Notes under the pieces: generated by a model
Seen by the model: only the letters and a program-made list of their open reading frames with translations
Told to the model about the DNA's origin: nothing
Database searches by the model: none
Translations under genes and position numbers: made by a program
Part shown: positions 51,201-60,470 of the stretch, piece by piece
How positions within the stretch are numbered: the first letter of the stretch is position 1
Layout of the letters: each line of letters begins with the position of its first letter
Source of the DNA: Hydrurus foetidus
Taxonomy: Eukaryota
DNA: 64,000 bases
Direction of reading: 5' to 3'
NCBI GenBank assembly: GCA_900617105.1
Contig: UYFQ01000001.1
Span: 4,154,001-4,218,000, forward strand

Positions 51201-52322
51201 CGACGCTGGCTGACCTTGAGCTGCGCGGCAGGGCAGAAGGCACCGCATCGTTAGAGATTTTGGGCAAGCTCAACCCGTTGGCCAAGCCGCTGGCGTTAGA
51301 CATCACTGGCAAAGTGCGCGATTTAGAGTTGCCGCCGCTGTCTCCCTACGCAATCAAGTATGCGGGCTACGGCATCACACGCGGCAAGATGAGCGTGGAC
51401 GTGGCTTACTTGGTGCAGCCAGACGGAAAACTCACCGCCAAAAACAAACTTGTTTTGAACCAGCTCAGCTTTGGCGACAAGGTTGAAGGCTCAACCGCCA
51501 GCCTGCCTGTGAAGTTAGCCGTGGCGCTGCTGAGTGACCGCAACGGCGTGATTGACCTCGACTTGCCGCTGGGCGGGTCACTGAACGATCCGCAATTCAG
51601 CATCGGCCCCATCATCATCAAAATCATCATCAACGTGATTGTGAAAGCGATCACCGCGCCCTTCAGCTTGCTGGCCGCGGCTTTTGGCGGCAGCGGTGGC
51701 GACGAGCTGAGCACCGTGGCGTTTACCAGCGGTAGCGCCGTGCTGGAAAGCAGTGCCAAAGCCGGGCTAGACAAAGTTGCCAAAGCTTTGATTGACCGGC
51801 CCAGCCTGAAACTCACCGTGGTCGGCACCAGTAATTTAGAAGCCGAGCGGGACGGCTACAAACGCGCCCGGCTCGACGAGCTGGTTCGCGCTGAAAAACG
51901 CCGCAACGTTGTCACAGGGGGTGGTGCCAGCGGCGGCACGGCTACAGCTCTGGTCACCATTAGCCCGGCTGAATACCCAACGCTGCCAAAAGAAGTCTAC
52001 AAACGTGCCGACATCAGCAAACCGCGCAGCCTGGTTGGCCTGGCCAAAGATTTGCCGGTGGACGACATGGAAAAGCTGCTGCTGGCAGACGTAAGTGGGC
52101 GACGACGCCATGCAGGCACTGGCGCTGCAAAGCGGCGTAGCGGTTAAAGAATATTTGGCCAGCAAAGACTTGCCGATAGACCGGCTGTTTTTAGGCGCTA
52201 ACAATTCTGGCAAAGAGTCAAGCAAAGCTGACCCAAAAACTGAAGTAAAAACCGACGCCAAACCTGACGCCAAACCTGACTCAAAATGGGTGCCCAGAGC
52301 CGAGTTCAATATCGCCATGTAA
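48257..52322 (+). CDS. DUF748-domain protein with OmpA-like C-terminus; frameshifted near 52093
   Basis: N-terminal TM, repeated beta-rich units, SLPVKLAVALLSDRNGVIDLDLP..GSLNDPQFS; the tail (VGDDAMQALALQSGVAVKEYL...PRAEF) continues in another frame (52095-52322). Confidence 0.85.
49367..49407 (-). repeat. 41-bp double-dyad repeat copy, in-frame inside the DUF748 gene
   Basis: GCT-actaaatcagg-AGC-tgctcgc-gccc-gtattgatt-cggc; encodes ATKSGAARARIDSA. Confidence 0.85.
49620..49706 (+). repeat. 9-bp coding tandem repeat (AGL/AGS)
   Basis: GCCGGATTG-type x3, then GCAGGTTCG-type x6. Confidence 0.85.
50876..50916 (-). repeat. 41-bp double-dyad repeat copy, in-frame inside the DUF748 gene
   Basis: GCT-acaaatacagg-AGC-tgctcgc-gccc-aagaacagg-cggc; encodes ATNTGAARAQEQAA. 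Confidence 0.8.
50995..51036 (+). repeat. 12-bp coding tandem repeat (TTPT)
   Basis: ACCACCCCAACC x3. Confidence 0.8.
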
Positions 52323-52331
52323 GGCAACAAT

Positions 52332-52622
52332 CTATTTGTAGTCATGCTCTTTTTGATGCCGTACGGCATGCACCACGACTTCATCATGCACCTCGACAAA
52401 ATCATACAGAGCCAAATAGCCGCTGCTACCAAAATCGATGATGCATTCCCTGAAGCCTTCCTCAACTAGCCGGCCAATTTTTGGGGCGTGAATCAGCGTG
52501 GCTAACGCGTCCCGAATTTCCTTGATGGCGTTCTGTGCTGCTGCAACATCTTTAGTAGCTAAAAATCTATAAAGGCGAATCAGATCAGTGTTGGCGCGGT
52601 TTGAGTATTTGAGCCGCGCCAT
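52332..52622 (-). CDS. RelE/ParE-family toxin
   Basis: RLKYSNRANTDLIRLYRFL...PKIGR...FGSSGYLALY...AVRHQKE. Confidence 0.92.
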   Translation of the reverse strand: MARLKYSNRANTDLIRLYRFLATKDVAAAQNAIKEIRDALATLIHAPKIGRLVEEGFRECIIDFGSSGYLALYDFVEVHDEVVVHAVRHQKEHDYK

Positions 52623-52936
52623 CAAACGTGACTCGTCGGCGGTACGGCGTCAGGGTTGGACTGAAGTGCATCTACCCATTGGCTAAATTCATCGTGTGTG
52701 ACGTGTAGCCCTGTTTTTTTGTAGTGGTTGCGTGAAGCCTTGGCTGCTTCCACAAATCTCTGCTGTGCTTCTTCTTCTTCCAGGTATTTTTGTACCGCTT
52801 CTTTCATGATGAAGTGCGGCGTGCGATTTTTATATTCTGCTATCGAACGCAATCGATCACGATCCGCTATGTCCAGCTTTAAGGACAGATTTGCAGTCGC
52901 AGATTTTTCACGCGCAGGGGTCGTTAATGCAGTCAT
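52622..52936 (-). CDS. CopG/RHH antitoxin
   Basis: SLKLD...RTPHFIMKEAVQKYL...YKKTGLHVTHDE; stop overlaps the toxin start. Confidence 0.9.
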   Translation of the reverse strand: MTALTTPAREKSATANLSLKLDIADRDRLRSIAEYKNRTPHFIMKEAVQKYLEEEEAQQRFVEAAKASRNHYKKTGLHVTHDEFSQWVDALQSNPDAVPPTSHV

Positions 52937-53150
52937 AGTCGTATTTTTAATTAAAAGGTAGTAAATGATACGCCTTTCAGACAAATGCACGGTTTGTACT
53001 GGTTGGGATTACACGATGTTTAGCGTCGCGGCAGACAAGTAAATCAACCCGCCCATAAATCAGCGAAAATACGCGCTTCGCGTTTTCAAACGCACTTTTT
53101 CCCTCTTTTCCATTCGCCTCACCGTTTGCCCGCCAACGGCTGCGCCCCAC

Positions 53151-56021
53151 ATGTTCAAATCATCCAAACCCGCTCCTGCCCCTGTTCCCGCCACCAAAGC
53201 TATCCCCAAGTCAGATGCGCACCCGCTTGACGGCATGACGGGCGGAGCTTTTTCGGCGCCAACGTCTAGCGAGCGCACGGCGCGCATTCGCACGTGGCTG
53301 GCCAGCGAGCCAAGCGCGGAGCAGATGGCTGACGTGTACAAAGACCTGGCCAATCGCGACAAGGGCGCGGCCAAGCCGCTCAAAGAAAAGCTGGACGAGC
53401 TCAAGCGCAGCAAAGGGCAAGAAGCCATTGCCGCTGAATGGGCCGACAAAGCGCATGCGTTGCTAGCTGTGGGCAAATTGAATCTGGCTGACGCGCTGGC
53501 CTGGCAGCGGGATGCCGCCAAGGCGGGCGCGCCGCTGTCAAAAGAGCCGCTGGCTACCGTTAAGGTCAAACTTGCCGAACGCGTAAAAACCATAGAAGAC
53601 CTGCAACACCGCACCCAGGTGCAGCGCGAAGCCGCTGTGCTGCTCGGCCAGCGCATTGAGGTGCTGTCAATCAAGCCGTGGCGCGATGCGCAAACCGCAC
53701 TAGACGCCTTGACCCCAGACATCGCCCACTGGCAAGCCCAGGCCGACGAGATTGCCAACGACGCCAACTGGGCCAGCGTTGACGCTAAATTTCCGCCGCT
53801 GCTCGATGCCTCACGCGGGCAACTGTTGGCAGTGTGGGAGGCGTTTCAAGCCGCGTTGGCCGTCACGGTAAAAGCTGCGGACGACAGCGCGGCGCCGCTG
53901 CCGGCCGTGCCCGTGTGGGCCGATGAGCTGCGCGCGGCACGCGGCGTGCCTGCGGCGCCGAACGATGCCCGCGCTGATGCACGCTCAGCCAGAGCCAAAA
54001 TCGACCCGGCTGTGCTGAAAGACCTGCGCGAAAAAGCCGCCAGCATCGTGCAAGCCGCCGTTGCCAAGCTAGAGCATGAAGTCGGCGAAGGCCACGGCAA
54101 AGCCACGCCGAAAGTCGCGGCTGAATTGCGCCAAGCGCTACAGCAAAACATTCGCAACATCGACAGCAAACTAGAAACCACTGCCCACGCCGCACTCACG
54201 GCGGCAGGCGAACTCGAAGGCTGGCAACGCTGGCGCGCCGACCAGATTCGGGAAGAACTGGTAGGCAAAGCCGAAGCGCTACTGCTCAAGCCCCTTGGCG
54301 GCAGAAAACAGCAAGACGCCTTGCGCCACATGCGCGACTTGTGGAAAACATCAGACCAGGGCGGCACGCCCAACCAAGCCCTGTGGAAGCGCTTTGACGA
54401 CGCCTGCAACGAAGCCTACAAAGTGGTCGAGGCTTGGCTGGAAACTGTCAAAGAACAAACCGAAGCAGTAAAAGCCCAGCGCCAAATACTGATTGACGAA
54501 GTGCTGGCGTGGGGCAATGAAATTCAGGCGAGCAAAAACGTCGACTGGAAAATGCACATCCGCAGCCTGAATGGCTTTGTCGAAAAATGGCAAAACGGCG
54601 GGCACTTAAGCGAAAAAGCATTCGCCGAAATTCAGCCCGTGTGGAAGGCCGCGATGGACGCTGCCGACACACCGCTTAAAACCGCACGTGCCGAGAGCAT
54701 TGCCCGGCGTAAAGCCATGATCGAAGAAGCGCAAACGCTGGGCGCTGAGCCAGTGCTGCACATTGATGCCGTCAAGCACCTGCAGCAGCGCTGGCAGCAT
54801 GAAGCTCAAGGCATGCCGATTGAGCGCAAGCAAGAGCAAAAAATGTGGGATGCGTTTCGCAAACCCATTGACGACGCCTTTCAGCGCAAAACGCTGGAGC
54901 GTGAAAAAGCCGCCTCGGCTTTGGGTGAGTTTGATCGCTTGGTGGTCGACGCCGCAAAGGCCGTTGAAGCTGCCACCGCCAGTGGGGATGCGCAGCAAAT
55001 TCATGCAGCCGCCAAGGCACTTGAGGCAATTGTTCGGGGTCAAGTGCCGGTTGCGGCTGCAGTGACGCATCCAGCACCTGAAACCCTTGAAAAAGCCGCT
55101 ATTTCAGTATCAAATGATGCTGTAGCCCAAGAGATACAGGCGCGAGAAGCTCCTGAAAACATAGCAATTGACGCGTCACCAACCGACGCTGCCACACCCG
55201 ACAACACGCCAGATGCCAGCGTTGACGAAGCCGCGGCCATTGAGGAAACCGCCATTGCCGAAGCTGAAGCTGTAGCCGAAGCCGCGCCCGTGCCAGCCAC
55301 GCCGCCGAAGCCTGCCAAGCCCATCGTCGCCATGCGCGGCGACGACCGCCCTGGCGCACGCCGCGCCGAGCCAGCCCCTGCAGGTCGCGGAGGCAAGTTT
55401 GGCGACCGCAAAGACTCCGGCAAACTCGGCGGCAAGCCAGGCAGCAAGCCCGGCGGCCCACGGCAAAGCACCGACAACAAGTTTGAGCCGTATCGCCCAG
55501 AACGGGAAGACCGCCCACGTTTTGAAGACCGTGCGCAGCGCCCCGCCTTTGAAGAGCGCGGCCCACGTTTGGGCGATGCAGCGTTTAGAGCCCAGCGCGA
55601 GGCGTTTGAAGCCGCCAACCAGGCGCTTAAAAAACTGCACGTACAAGCCCACGGCGAAGTGCTGACCAACGTGATTGCAGCGTGGGAAAAGCGCGATGCC
55701 GCCTTGCTGCCTAGCGCGCAAGACCTGGGCAAAGTCGTCACCGCTGCCGTGTTGAGCAACTGGGCCAAAGCCGTGGCTACTCCGTCTGGCAAAGACGCAG
55801 CCGAGTCATTGCTAAGGCTAGAGATGGCCGCCGAAGTGCCCACGCCCGCCGAGCACATCAGTGCCCGGCGCATGATGCAGCTCACGTTGCTGACCAAGCG
55901 CAACGCCGCCGCGCCAGCCGACACTTGGGGTGACGACACCGCCACAGTACTGGCCGGCAATTTCGATGCCGCCAACGCACGGCGTGTGCAAAACGTGCTG
56001 AAGGTGCTGCTCAAGCGCTGA
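53151..56021 (+). CDS. DUF349-domain coiled-coil protein
   Basis: Repeated LWKRFDDAC / MWDAFRKPID units; long helical protein. Confidence 0.85.
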   Translation: MFKSSKPAPAPVPATKAIPKSDAHPLDGMTGGAFSAPTSSERTARIRTWLASEPSAEQMADVYKDLANRDKGAAKPLKEKLDELKRSKGQEAIAAEWADKAHALLAVGKLNLADALAWQRDAAKAGAPLSKEPLATVKVKLAERVKTIEDLQHRTQVQREAAVLLGQRIEVLSIKPWRDAQTALDALTPDIAHWQAQADEIANDANWASVDAKFPPLLDASRGQLLAVWEAFQAALAVTVKAADDSAAPLPAVPVWADELRAARGVPAAPNDARADARSARAKIDPAVLKDLREKAASIVQAAVAKLEHEVGEGHGKATPKVAAELRQALQQNIRNIDSKLETTAHAALTAAGELEGWQRWRADQIREELVGKAEALLLKPLGGRKQQDALRHMRDLWKTSDQGGTPNQALWKRFDDACNEAYKVVEAWLETVKEQTEAVKAQRQILIDEVLAWGNEIQASKNVDWKMHIRSLNGFVEKWQNGGHLSEKAFAEIQPVWKAAMDAADTPLKTARAESIARRKAMIEEAQTLGAEPVLHIDAVKHLQQRWQHEAQGMPIERKQEQKMWDAFRKPIDDAFQRKTLEREKAASALGEFDRLVVDAAKAVEAATASGDAQQIHAAAKALEAIVRGQVPVAAAVTHPAPETLEKAAISVSNDAVAQEIQAREAPENIAIDASPTDAATPDNTPDASVDEAAAIEETAIAEAEAVAEAAPVPATPPKPAKPIVAMRGDDRPGARRAEPAPAGRGGKFGDRKDSGKLGGKPGSKPGGPRQSTDNKFEPYRPEREDRPRFEDRAQRPAFEERGPRLGDAAFRAQREAFEAANQALKKLHVQAHGEVLTNVIAAWEKRDAALLPSAQDLGKVVTAAVLSNWAKAVATPSGKDAAESLLRLEMAAEVPTPAEHISARRMMQLTLLTKRNAAAPADTWGDDTATVLAGNFDAANARRVQNVLKVLLKR
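55125..55165 (+). repeat. 41-bp double-dyad repeat copy, in-frame inside the DUF349 gene
   Basis: gccc-aagagatac-aggc-gcgagaa-GCT-cctgaaaacat-AGC; encodes AQEIQAREAPENIA. Confidence 0.8.
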
Positions 56022-56036
56022 GCTCGATTTGCCGTC

Positions 56037-56075
56037 TTGACACATCTCAATTCATGCCGCATGATGGCATGAATT
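56037..56075 (+). promoter_or_regulatory. Sigma70-like promoter with overlapping operator for the ccd-like operon
   Basis: TTGACA-N17-CATGAT; perfect inverted repeat AATTCATGCC-N7-GGCATGAATT (56049-56075). Confidence 0.75.
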
Positions 56076-56103
56076 AAGTTTCTATGGTGTTCAAGGACTC
56101 AAC

Positions 56104-56532
56104 ATGCTCAAAGAAGTTGGTGCCAGCGGCCAGATATCGCTGGGTAAAAAGTACGCCGGTCAGTTGTTTGATGTGGTGTTCTACCCTGATGGCCGGGTAG
56201 AAATGGTGCCCATGAAAGCCGTGCCCACCGTGGGGGATGCGGCCACTTTCCAGTACCCCGCAGCAGCGCCGCCCGCCCAGCACATCGTGCAAGAAACTGC
56301 TGCCACTTACCGCGTAGGCGACGGCTGGCTAACGCCCGAGCGCCTGGCTGCACGCAAGGCCGCGTGCGAGCGCACGCCCGAGGAAGTCAATGCGGCCCGC
56401 GACAAATGGGAAGAAGAAAATAAAGACGCGATTGAGGCGATGAACCAACGTATCGCCAAAATTGGGTCTATGGGCATGCGCGTTTATGAGTGGAGAAAAG
56501 CCCAAGGATTGGGTAAGCCCTCTTTCAACTAA
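56104..56532 (+). CDS. Antitoxin: AbrB-like N-terminus plus CcdA-like C-terminus
   Basis: VGASGQISLGKKYAG...DGRVEMVP; KWEEENKDAIEAMNQRIAKIG. Confidence 0.75.
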   Translation: MLKEVGASGQISLGKKYAGQLFDVVFYPDGRVEMVPMKAVPTVGDAATFQYPAAAPPAQHIVQETAATYRVGDGWLTPERLAARKAACERTPEEVNAARDKWEEENKDAIEAMNQRIAKIGSMGMRVYEWRKAQGLGKPSFN

Positions 56533-56535
56533 ACC

Positions 56536-56850
56536 ATGGCACAGTTTGATGTCTATCCGCACCCGGTCGAAGAGATGCGGGACCCGTACCCCTATGTAGT
56601 TCAAATTCAAAGCGCTTTTTTAAAGCGTCCGATTGGCATCATTACCATTCCGCTGGCGCGGCTCGCGCAAGGCAGCGACGCGGTTGCCGTGTTGAACCCG
56701 CGCTTTGAAATTGCAGGTGAAGTCGTGGTGCTTGAGACCCTAACCACCGTCTCGTTTGAACCCGGCGACCTACGCCGCCCAGTAACCAACCTGCGCAGCG
56801 AAGCTGATGCCATCTGGTCGGCGCTCGACTACGCATTACATGGCTACTAA
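56536..56850 (+). CDS. ccdB: CcdB-family toxin
   Basis: MAQFDVY..PYVVQIQS..IPL..LNP.FEI..V.NL...IWSALD...GY. Confidence 0.88.
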   Translation: MAQFDVYPHPVEEMRDPYPYVVQIQSAFLKRPIGIITIPLARLAQGSDAVAVLNPRFEIAGEVVVLETLTTVSFEPGDLRRPVTNLRSEADAIWSALDYALHGY

Positions 56851-56865
56851 ACAGTCATTATTCCC

Positions 56866-59800
56866 ATGACCCCGCAAGCATTCATCACCAAATGGGGCCC
56901 GGGCGGCCCGGCGTTCGAGTTAAACGAAGAGCAGGGCGCGCAAAGCCACTTTATTGACCTGTGCGACTTGCTCGGCGTGCCCAAGCCGGGCAGCGAAGAA
57001 GGCTATATTTTCGAAAAGCAAACCCACGGCAAAACCTTGGTGGTGGGTGAGGCACGCGGCTACGCCGATGTGTTCAAGCGCGGCGCTTTTGCGTGGGAAA
57101 ACAAAGCCCCCGGTAAAAACCTGGACGCGGCCTTAAAGCAACTGCTTAACTACAGCAGCGCGCTAAGCAACCCGCCTATTTTGGTGGTGTGTGACAGGTT
57201 GCAAATACGCGTGCAAACCCAGTTTACCGGCCACCCGACTGAAAAGTTTGCCGTGCTGCTGGCCGAGCTGGCGCAACCCGAGGCGCTCGCCAAGCTCCGC
57301 CGCATTTGGCTTGATCCTGAAAGCTTTCGCCCCAAAATCACCAGCCGCGACATCACTGAAGTCGCCGCCAAAAGCTTTGCGGCTCTGGCAGGGCAATTGC
57401 GAAAGGCGGGGCAAGAGCCACAAAAGGTCAGCCACTTTTTAACGCAGTGCCTGTTTTGTTTTTTCGCCGAAGACGTGGGATTGCTGCCTGATCATCTATT
57501 TAAAAAAATGATCAACGCCAAATTAGATCTGTCCAACAAAGTGGGCTTGCTCCCCAGCGAAAAGCTGGCAAACGGATTGAGTTCTCTGTTTCATGCGATG
57601 AACACCGGCAGCTTGTTCGGCGCGCATGACATTGATCGGTTCAACGGCGGCTTGTTCAAAAATATCGACGTTCCCAAACTCGACATCATGAATGTCACCG
57701 AACTTAAAAACGCAGCTGACTTGAACTGGTCAGCCATTGACGTGTCGATTTTTGGTACGCTGTTTGAACGGGGCTTGGACCCGAGCAAGCGCAGCCAGCT
57801 GGGCGCGCACTACACCGACCCAGCCACTATTCAAAGGATCATTGAGCCCGTGCTGCAGCGCCCGTTGCTACAAATATGGGAGCTGCTTGCGCCCGATTTA
57901 ATTGGGCTACTGGCCAAAAGCAAGCGTAAATATGACGCAAATTACAAGTTAGCCTATGCAAAATTTGTAGATTGGCTCGATCAGCTGAAAAACTTTCGCG
58001 TGCTTGACCCCGCATGCGGCAGCGGCAACTTTTTGTTTTTGGGGCTCAAGGCGCTAAAAGACATTGAGCATAAAAGCCACCTGGCCGCCGAGGCCATGGG
58101 CCTTGACCGCGAGGCTGATTTGGTCACTGGCCCGCACAACATGCTGGGCATTGAGCTGAACGAATACGCGGCCGAGCTGGCGCGGGTCACGGTGTGGATA
58201 GGCGAGCTGCAATGGCGCTTGTCGCACGGCTATGAGTTTAAAAAGAACCCGGTGCTGGAGCCGCTTGACAACATTGAATGCAGGGATGCGCTTTTGCAAT
58301 TTCTCCCTCCCTTGAATTCACTCCCTCTCCCTCCGGGAGAGGGCGGGGGTGAGGGCGCCCCGCTCCCGAATTCCAGCACCGCCGCCCGGGCAGCGGGGCA
58401 GAGGCCGGCGGCTCTTACGCTGCGCTTTTTGAAATCGCCGCCGGCCTCCGCCCCACTGCCCGGCCAGCTTATTCGCGGTTCGAGCAATTTGGGGTCGGAC
58501 CCAAGGAGGAACGACGCAGCCTCTGACACCAATTTGCGGGATCGGTTACAGGTCGCTGTTGAAGCTGATTGGCCTAAAGCCAGCATCGTAATTGGGAATC
58601 CGCCGTTTCTGGGTGGCAGTAAAAAACGCCGCGAGTTGGGTGATGCGTACTTTGATGCGCTGGATACCGTGTTTGCCGGGCGCGTTGCTGGTGGTGCCGA
58701 TTTGGTTTGTTATTGGTTTGATAAAGCACGGATGGCCATTGAAACCAGGGGCTTGGGTGCTGCGGGTTTGGTAGCAACGCAGAGTATTCGAAGGGGCTCA
58801 AACCGTACTGTGCTGGATGCAATTCGTAAAAATACCCGTATTTTTGACGCTTGGTCTGACGAGGCTTGGGTTAACGACGGTGCAGCGGTGCGCGTGTCCC
58901 TGGTCAGTTTTGGTTGGGGTGAGTGCTGCTATTTGAATGGTGAGCGGGTTGAACAGATCACGTCGGAACTGGGCAGTTCCATCGCCAGCGATATGTCGTT
59001 GGCTAAGCCCTTGCAAGAGAACACAGGCATCAGTTTCGAAGGCACGAAAAAGTACGGCAATTTCGATGTCCCCGGCGAGTTAGCCAGATCCTGGTTACGC
59101 CAGCCTAACCCGCATGGCCAGCCGAATTCTGATGTCGTTAAGCCTTGGCGCAACGGTCAAGATGTCACGCGCCGGCCGAGTGACACTTGGGTGATTGATT
59201 TCGGCGCACACATGCCCGAGTCAGATGCTTCTTTATACGACGCGCCTTTTTCTCATGTTTTGCGAAGTGTCAAGCCAGAACGGGTGAAAGTGCGCCGTGA
59301 GCGAACCAAGAGGCTTTGGTGGATTCACGAAGAGGCACGTGTTGCATTGCGTGAAGGCTTAGCAGGCCTGCCCCGCTTCATCGCAACCCCCCGCGTTGCC
59401 AAGCACCGCTTTTTTGTGTTTCTCGATGCCAGCGTCCTGCCCGACACGCGGCTAAACGTCATCACAAAATCCGACGACCTCACCTTGGGCATCCTCTCCA
59501 GCCGCCTACACGAAGCCTGGTCACTCGCCAACGCCTCCATGCACGGCGTGGGCAATGACCCGACGTACAACGCCAAGTCGTGTTTCGAAACCTTCCCCTT
59601 CCCTGACTTAACGCCAAACCAAGCCAATCAGGCGATGGTGGGGTTGGTATCGGGCGCGACGTCAAAAAGGCCAAAGGCCGTCGAGCGCCCCTCAATGTCA
59701 AATTTTTCAACCCCGCCAGCGCCGGGGCTCAATCAAGCAACGGACTTAAAAACCGTCGCGTCCAATATTGCGAGTGCCGCCAAACATCTGAACGCGTTAA

Positions 59801-60099
59801 GAGAAAACTGGCTAAACCCACCTGAATGGACCGACCGCGTCCCAGAAGTCACCCCGCTGGGCATGGCCACCAGCCCCTACCCAGACAGAATCATCGCCAA
59901 ACCCGGCCATGAAAAAGAGCTGGCTGACCGCACCCTTACCAAGCTCTACAACCAGCGCCCCGCCTGGCTAGACGCCGCGCACAAACAGCTCGACGCCGCA
60001 GTAGCCGCCGCATACGGCTGGGCCGACTACACAGCCGACATGCCAGACGAAGAAATACTCAAACGTCTGCTGGCGCTGAATTTGGAGCGCAGTGAATAG
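56866..60099 (+). CDS. MmeI-like (Type IIL/IIG) restriction endonuclease-adenine methyltransferase fusion
   Basis: N-terminal AD-x8-ENK nuclease motif, FNGGLF, GAHYT, VLDPACGSGNFL, GNPPF, C-terminal target-recognition region (CFETFPFP, TLTKLYN, AVAAAYGW). Confidence 0.9.
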   Translation: MTPQAFITKWGPGGPAFELNEEQGAQSHFIDLCDLLGVPKPGSEEGYIFEKQTHGKTLVVGEARGYADVFKRGAFAWENKAPGKNLDAALKQLLNYSSALSNPPILVVCDRLQIRVQTQFTGHPTEKFAVLLAELAQPEALAKLRRIWLDPESFRPKITSRDITEVAAKSFAALAGQLRKAGQEPQKVSHFLTQCLFCFFAEDVGLLPDHLFKKMINAKLDLSNKVGLLPSEKLANGLSSLFHAMNTGSLFGAHDIDRFNGGLFKNIDVPKLDIMNVTELKNAADLNWSAIDVSIFGTLFERGLDPSKRSQLGAHYTDPATIQRIIEPVLQRPLLQIWELLAPDLIGLLAKSKRKYDANYKLAYAKFVDWLDQLKNFRVLDPACGSGNFLFLGLKALKDIEHKSHLAAEAMGLDREADLVTGPHNMLGIELNEYAAELARVTVWIGELQWRLSHGYEFKKNPVLEPLDNIECRDALLQFLPPLNSLPLPPGEGGGEGAPLPNSSTAARAAGQRPAALTLRFLKSPPASAPLPGQLIRGSSNLGSDPRRNDAASDTNLRDRLQVAVEADWPKASIVIGNPPFLGGSKKRRELGDAYFDALDTVFAGRVAGGADLVCYWFDKARMAIETRGLGAAGLVATQSIRRGSNRTVLDAIRKNTRIFDAWSDEAWVNDGAAVRVSLVSFGWGECCYLNGERVEQITSELGSSIASDMSLAKPLQENTGISFEGTKKYGNFDVPGELARSWLRQPNPHGQPNSDVVKPWRNGQDVTRRPSDTWVIDFGAHMPESDASLYDAPFSHVLRSVKPERVKVRRERTKRLWWIHEEARVALREGLAGLPRFIATPRVAKHRFFVFLDASVLPDTRLNVITKSDDLTLGILSSRLHEAWSLANASMHGVGNDPTYNAKSCFETFPFPDLTPNQANQAMVGLVSGATSKRPKAVERPSMSNFSTPPAPGLNQATDLKTVASNIASAAKHLNALRENWLNPPEWTDRVPEVTPLGMATSPYPDRIIAKPGHEKELADRTLTKLYNQRPAWLDAAHKQLDAAVAAAYGWADYTADMPDEEILKRLLALNLERSE
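57867..57907 (-). repeat. 41-bp double-dyad repeat copy, in-frame inside the R-M gene
   Basis: GCT-acaaatatggg-AGC-tgcttgc-gccc-gatttaatt-gggc; encodes LQIWELLAPDLIG. Confidence 0.8.
58300..58545. repeat. Stack of three palindromic elements in-frame in the methyltransferase
   Basis: 58323-58355 REP-like; 58386-58463 27-bp stem with 24-nt loop; 58486-58535 GGGGTCGGA...TCTGACACC hairpin. Confidence 0.8.
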
Positions 60100-60406
60100 C
60101 GTGGAGCAAACTCTCAAAATAGCGCCGGTTGATTTACTTGTGCCTGCTTTCGTGCATCGACCTTCGATCACAAGGTTTCAGAATTGGTACATCAGTTGCC
60201 GAGTTTTGAGTGCAGTGCACGGTTACGGCACAGTCAAGGCGTTCGCGCTGCCAGATTTATCAGACATAAATAGCATTCAAGGTCAGCGAGTCGAATGGAT
60301 TGAAGTTGATTTCGAACAAGTCGGGGTAAAAAAGATGCCACCGAATACGCGCGACCTCAAACCCATTAGTTCAAAGTCGCGCCCGTTCAGCGTAGCCCCC
60401 GCGTGA
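60092..60406 (+). CDS. Hypothetical protein
   Basis: 104-aa ORF whose GTG overlaps the R-M stop; no recognisable motif. Confidence 0.35.
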   Translation: MNSVEQTLKIAPVDLLVPAFVHRPSITRFQNWYISCRVLSAVHGYGTVKAFALPDLSDINSIQGQRVEWIEVDFEQVGVKKMPPNTRDLKPISSKSRPFSVAPA

Positions 60407-60470
60407 ATATGTTTATTGAAGATTCCAGCGCAAACAGCAACGCCCAACACACATAGAAAGCACGCAACGC

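Noticed and set aside
53060..56062. Long antisense ORFs (53060-53767, 55040-56062; similarly 63038-63934)
   Set aside because: Shadow frames of GC-rich, Ala-rich real genes on the other strand
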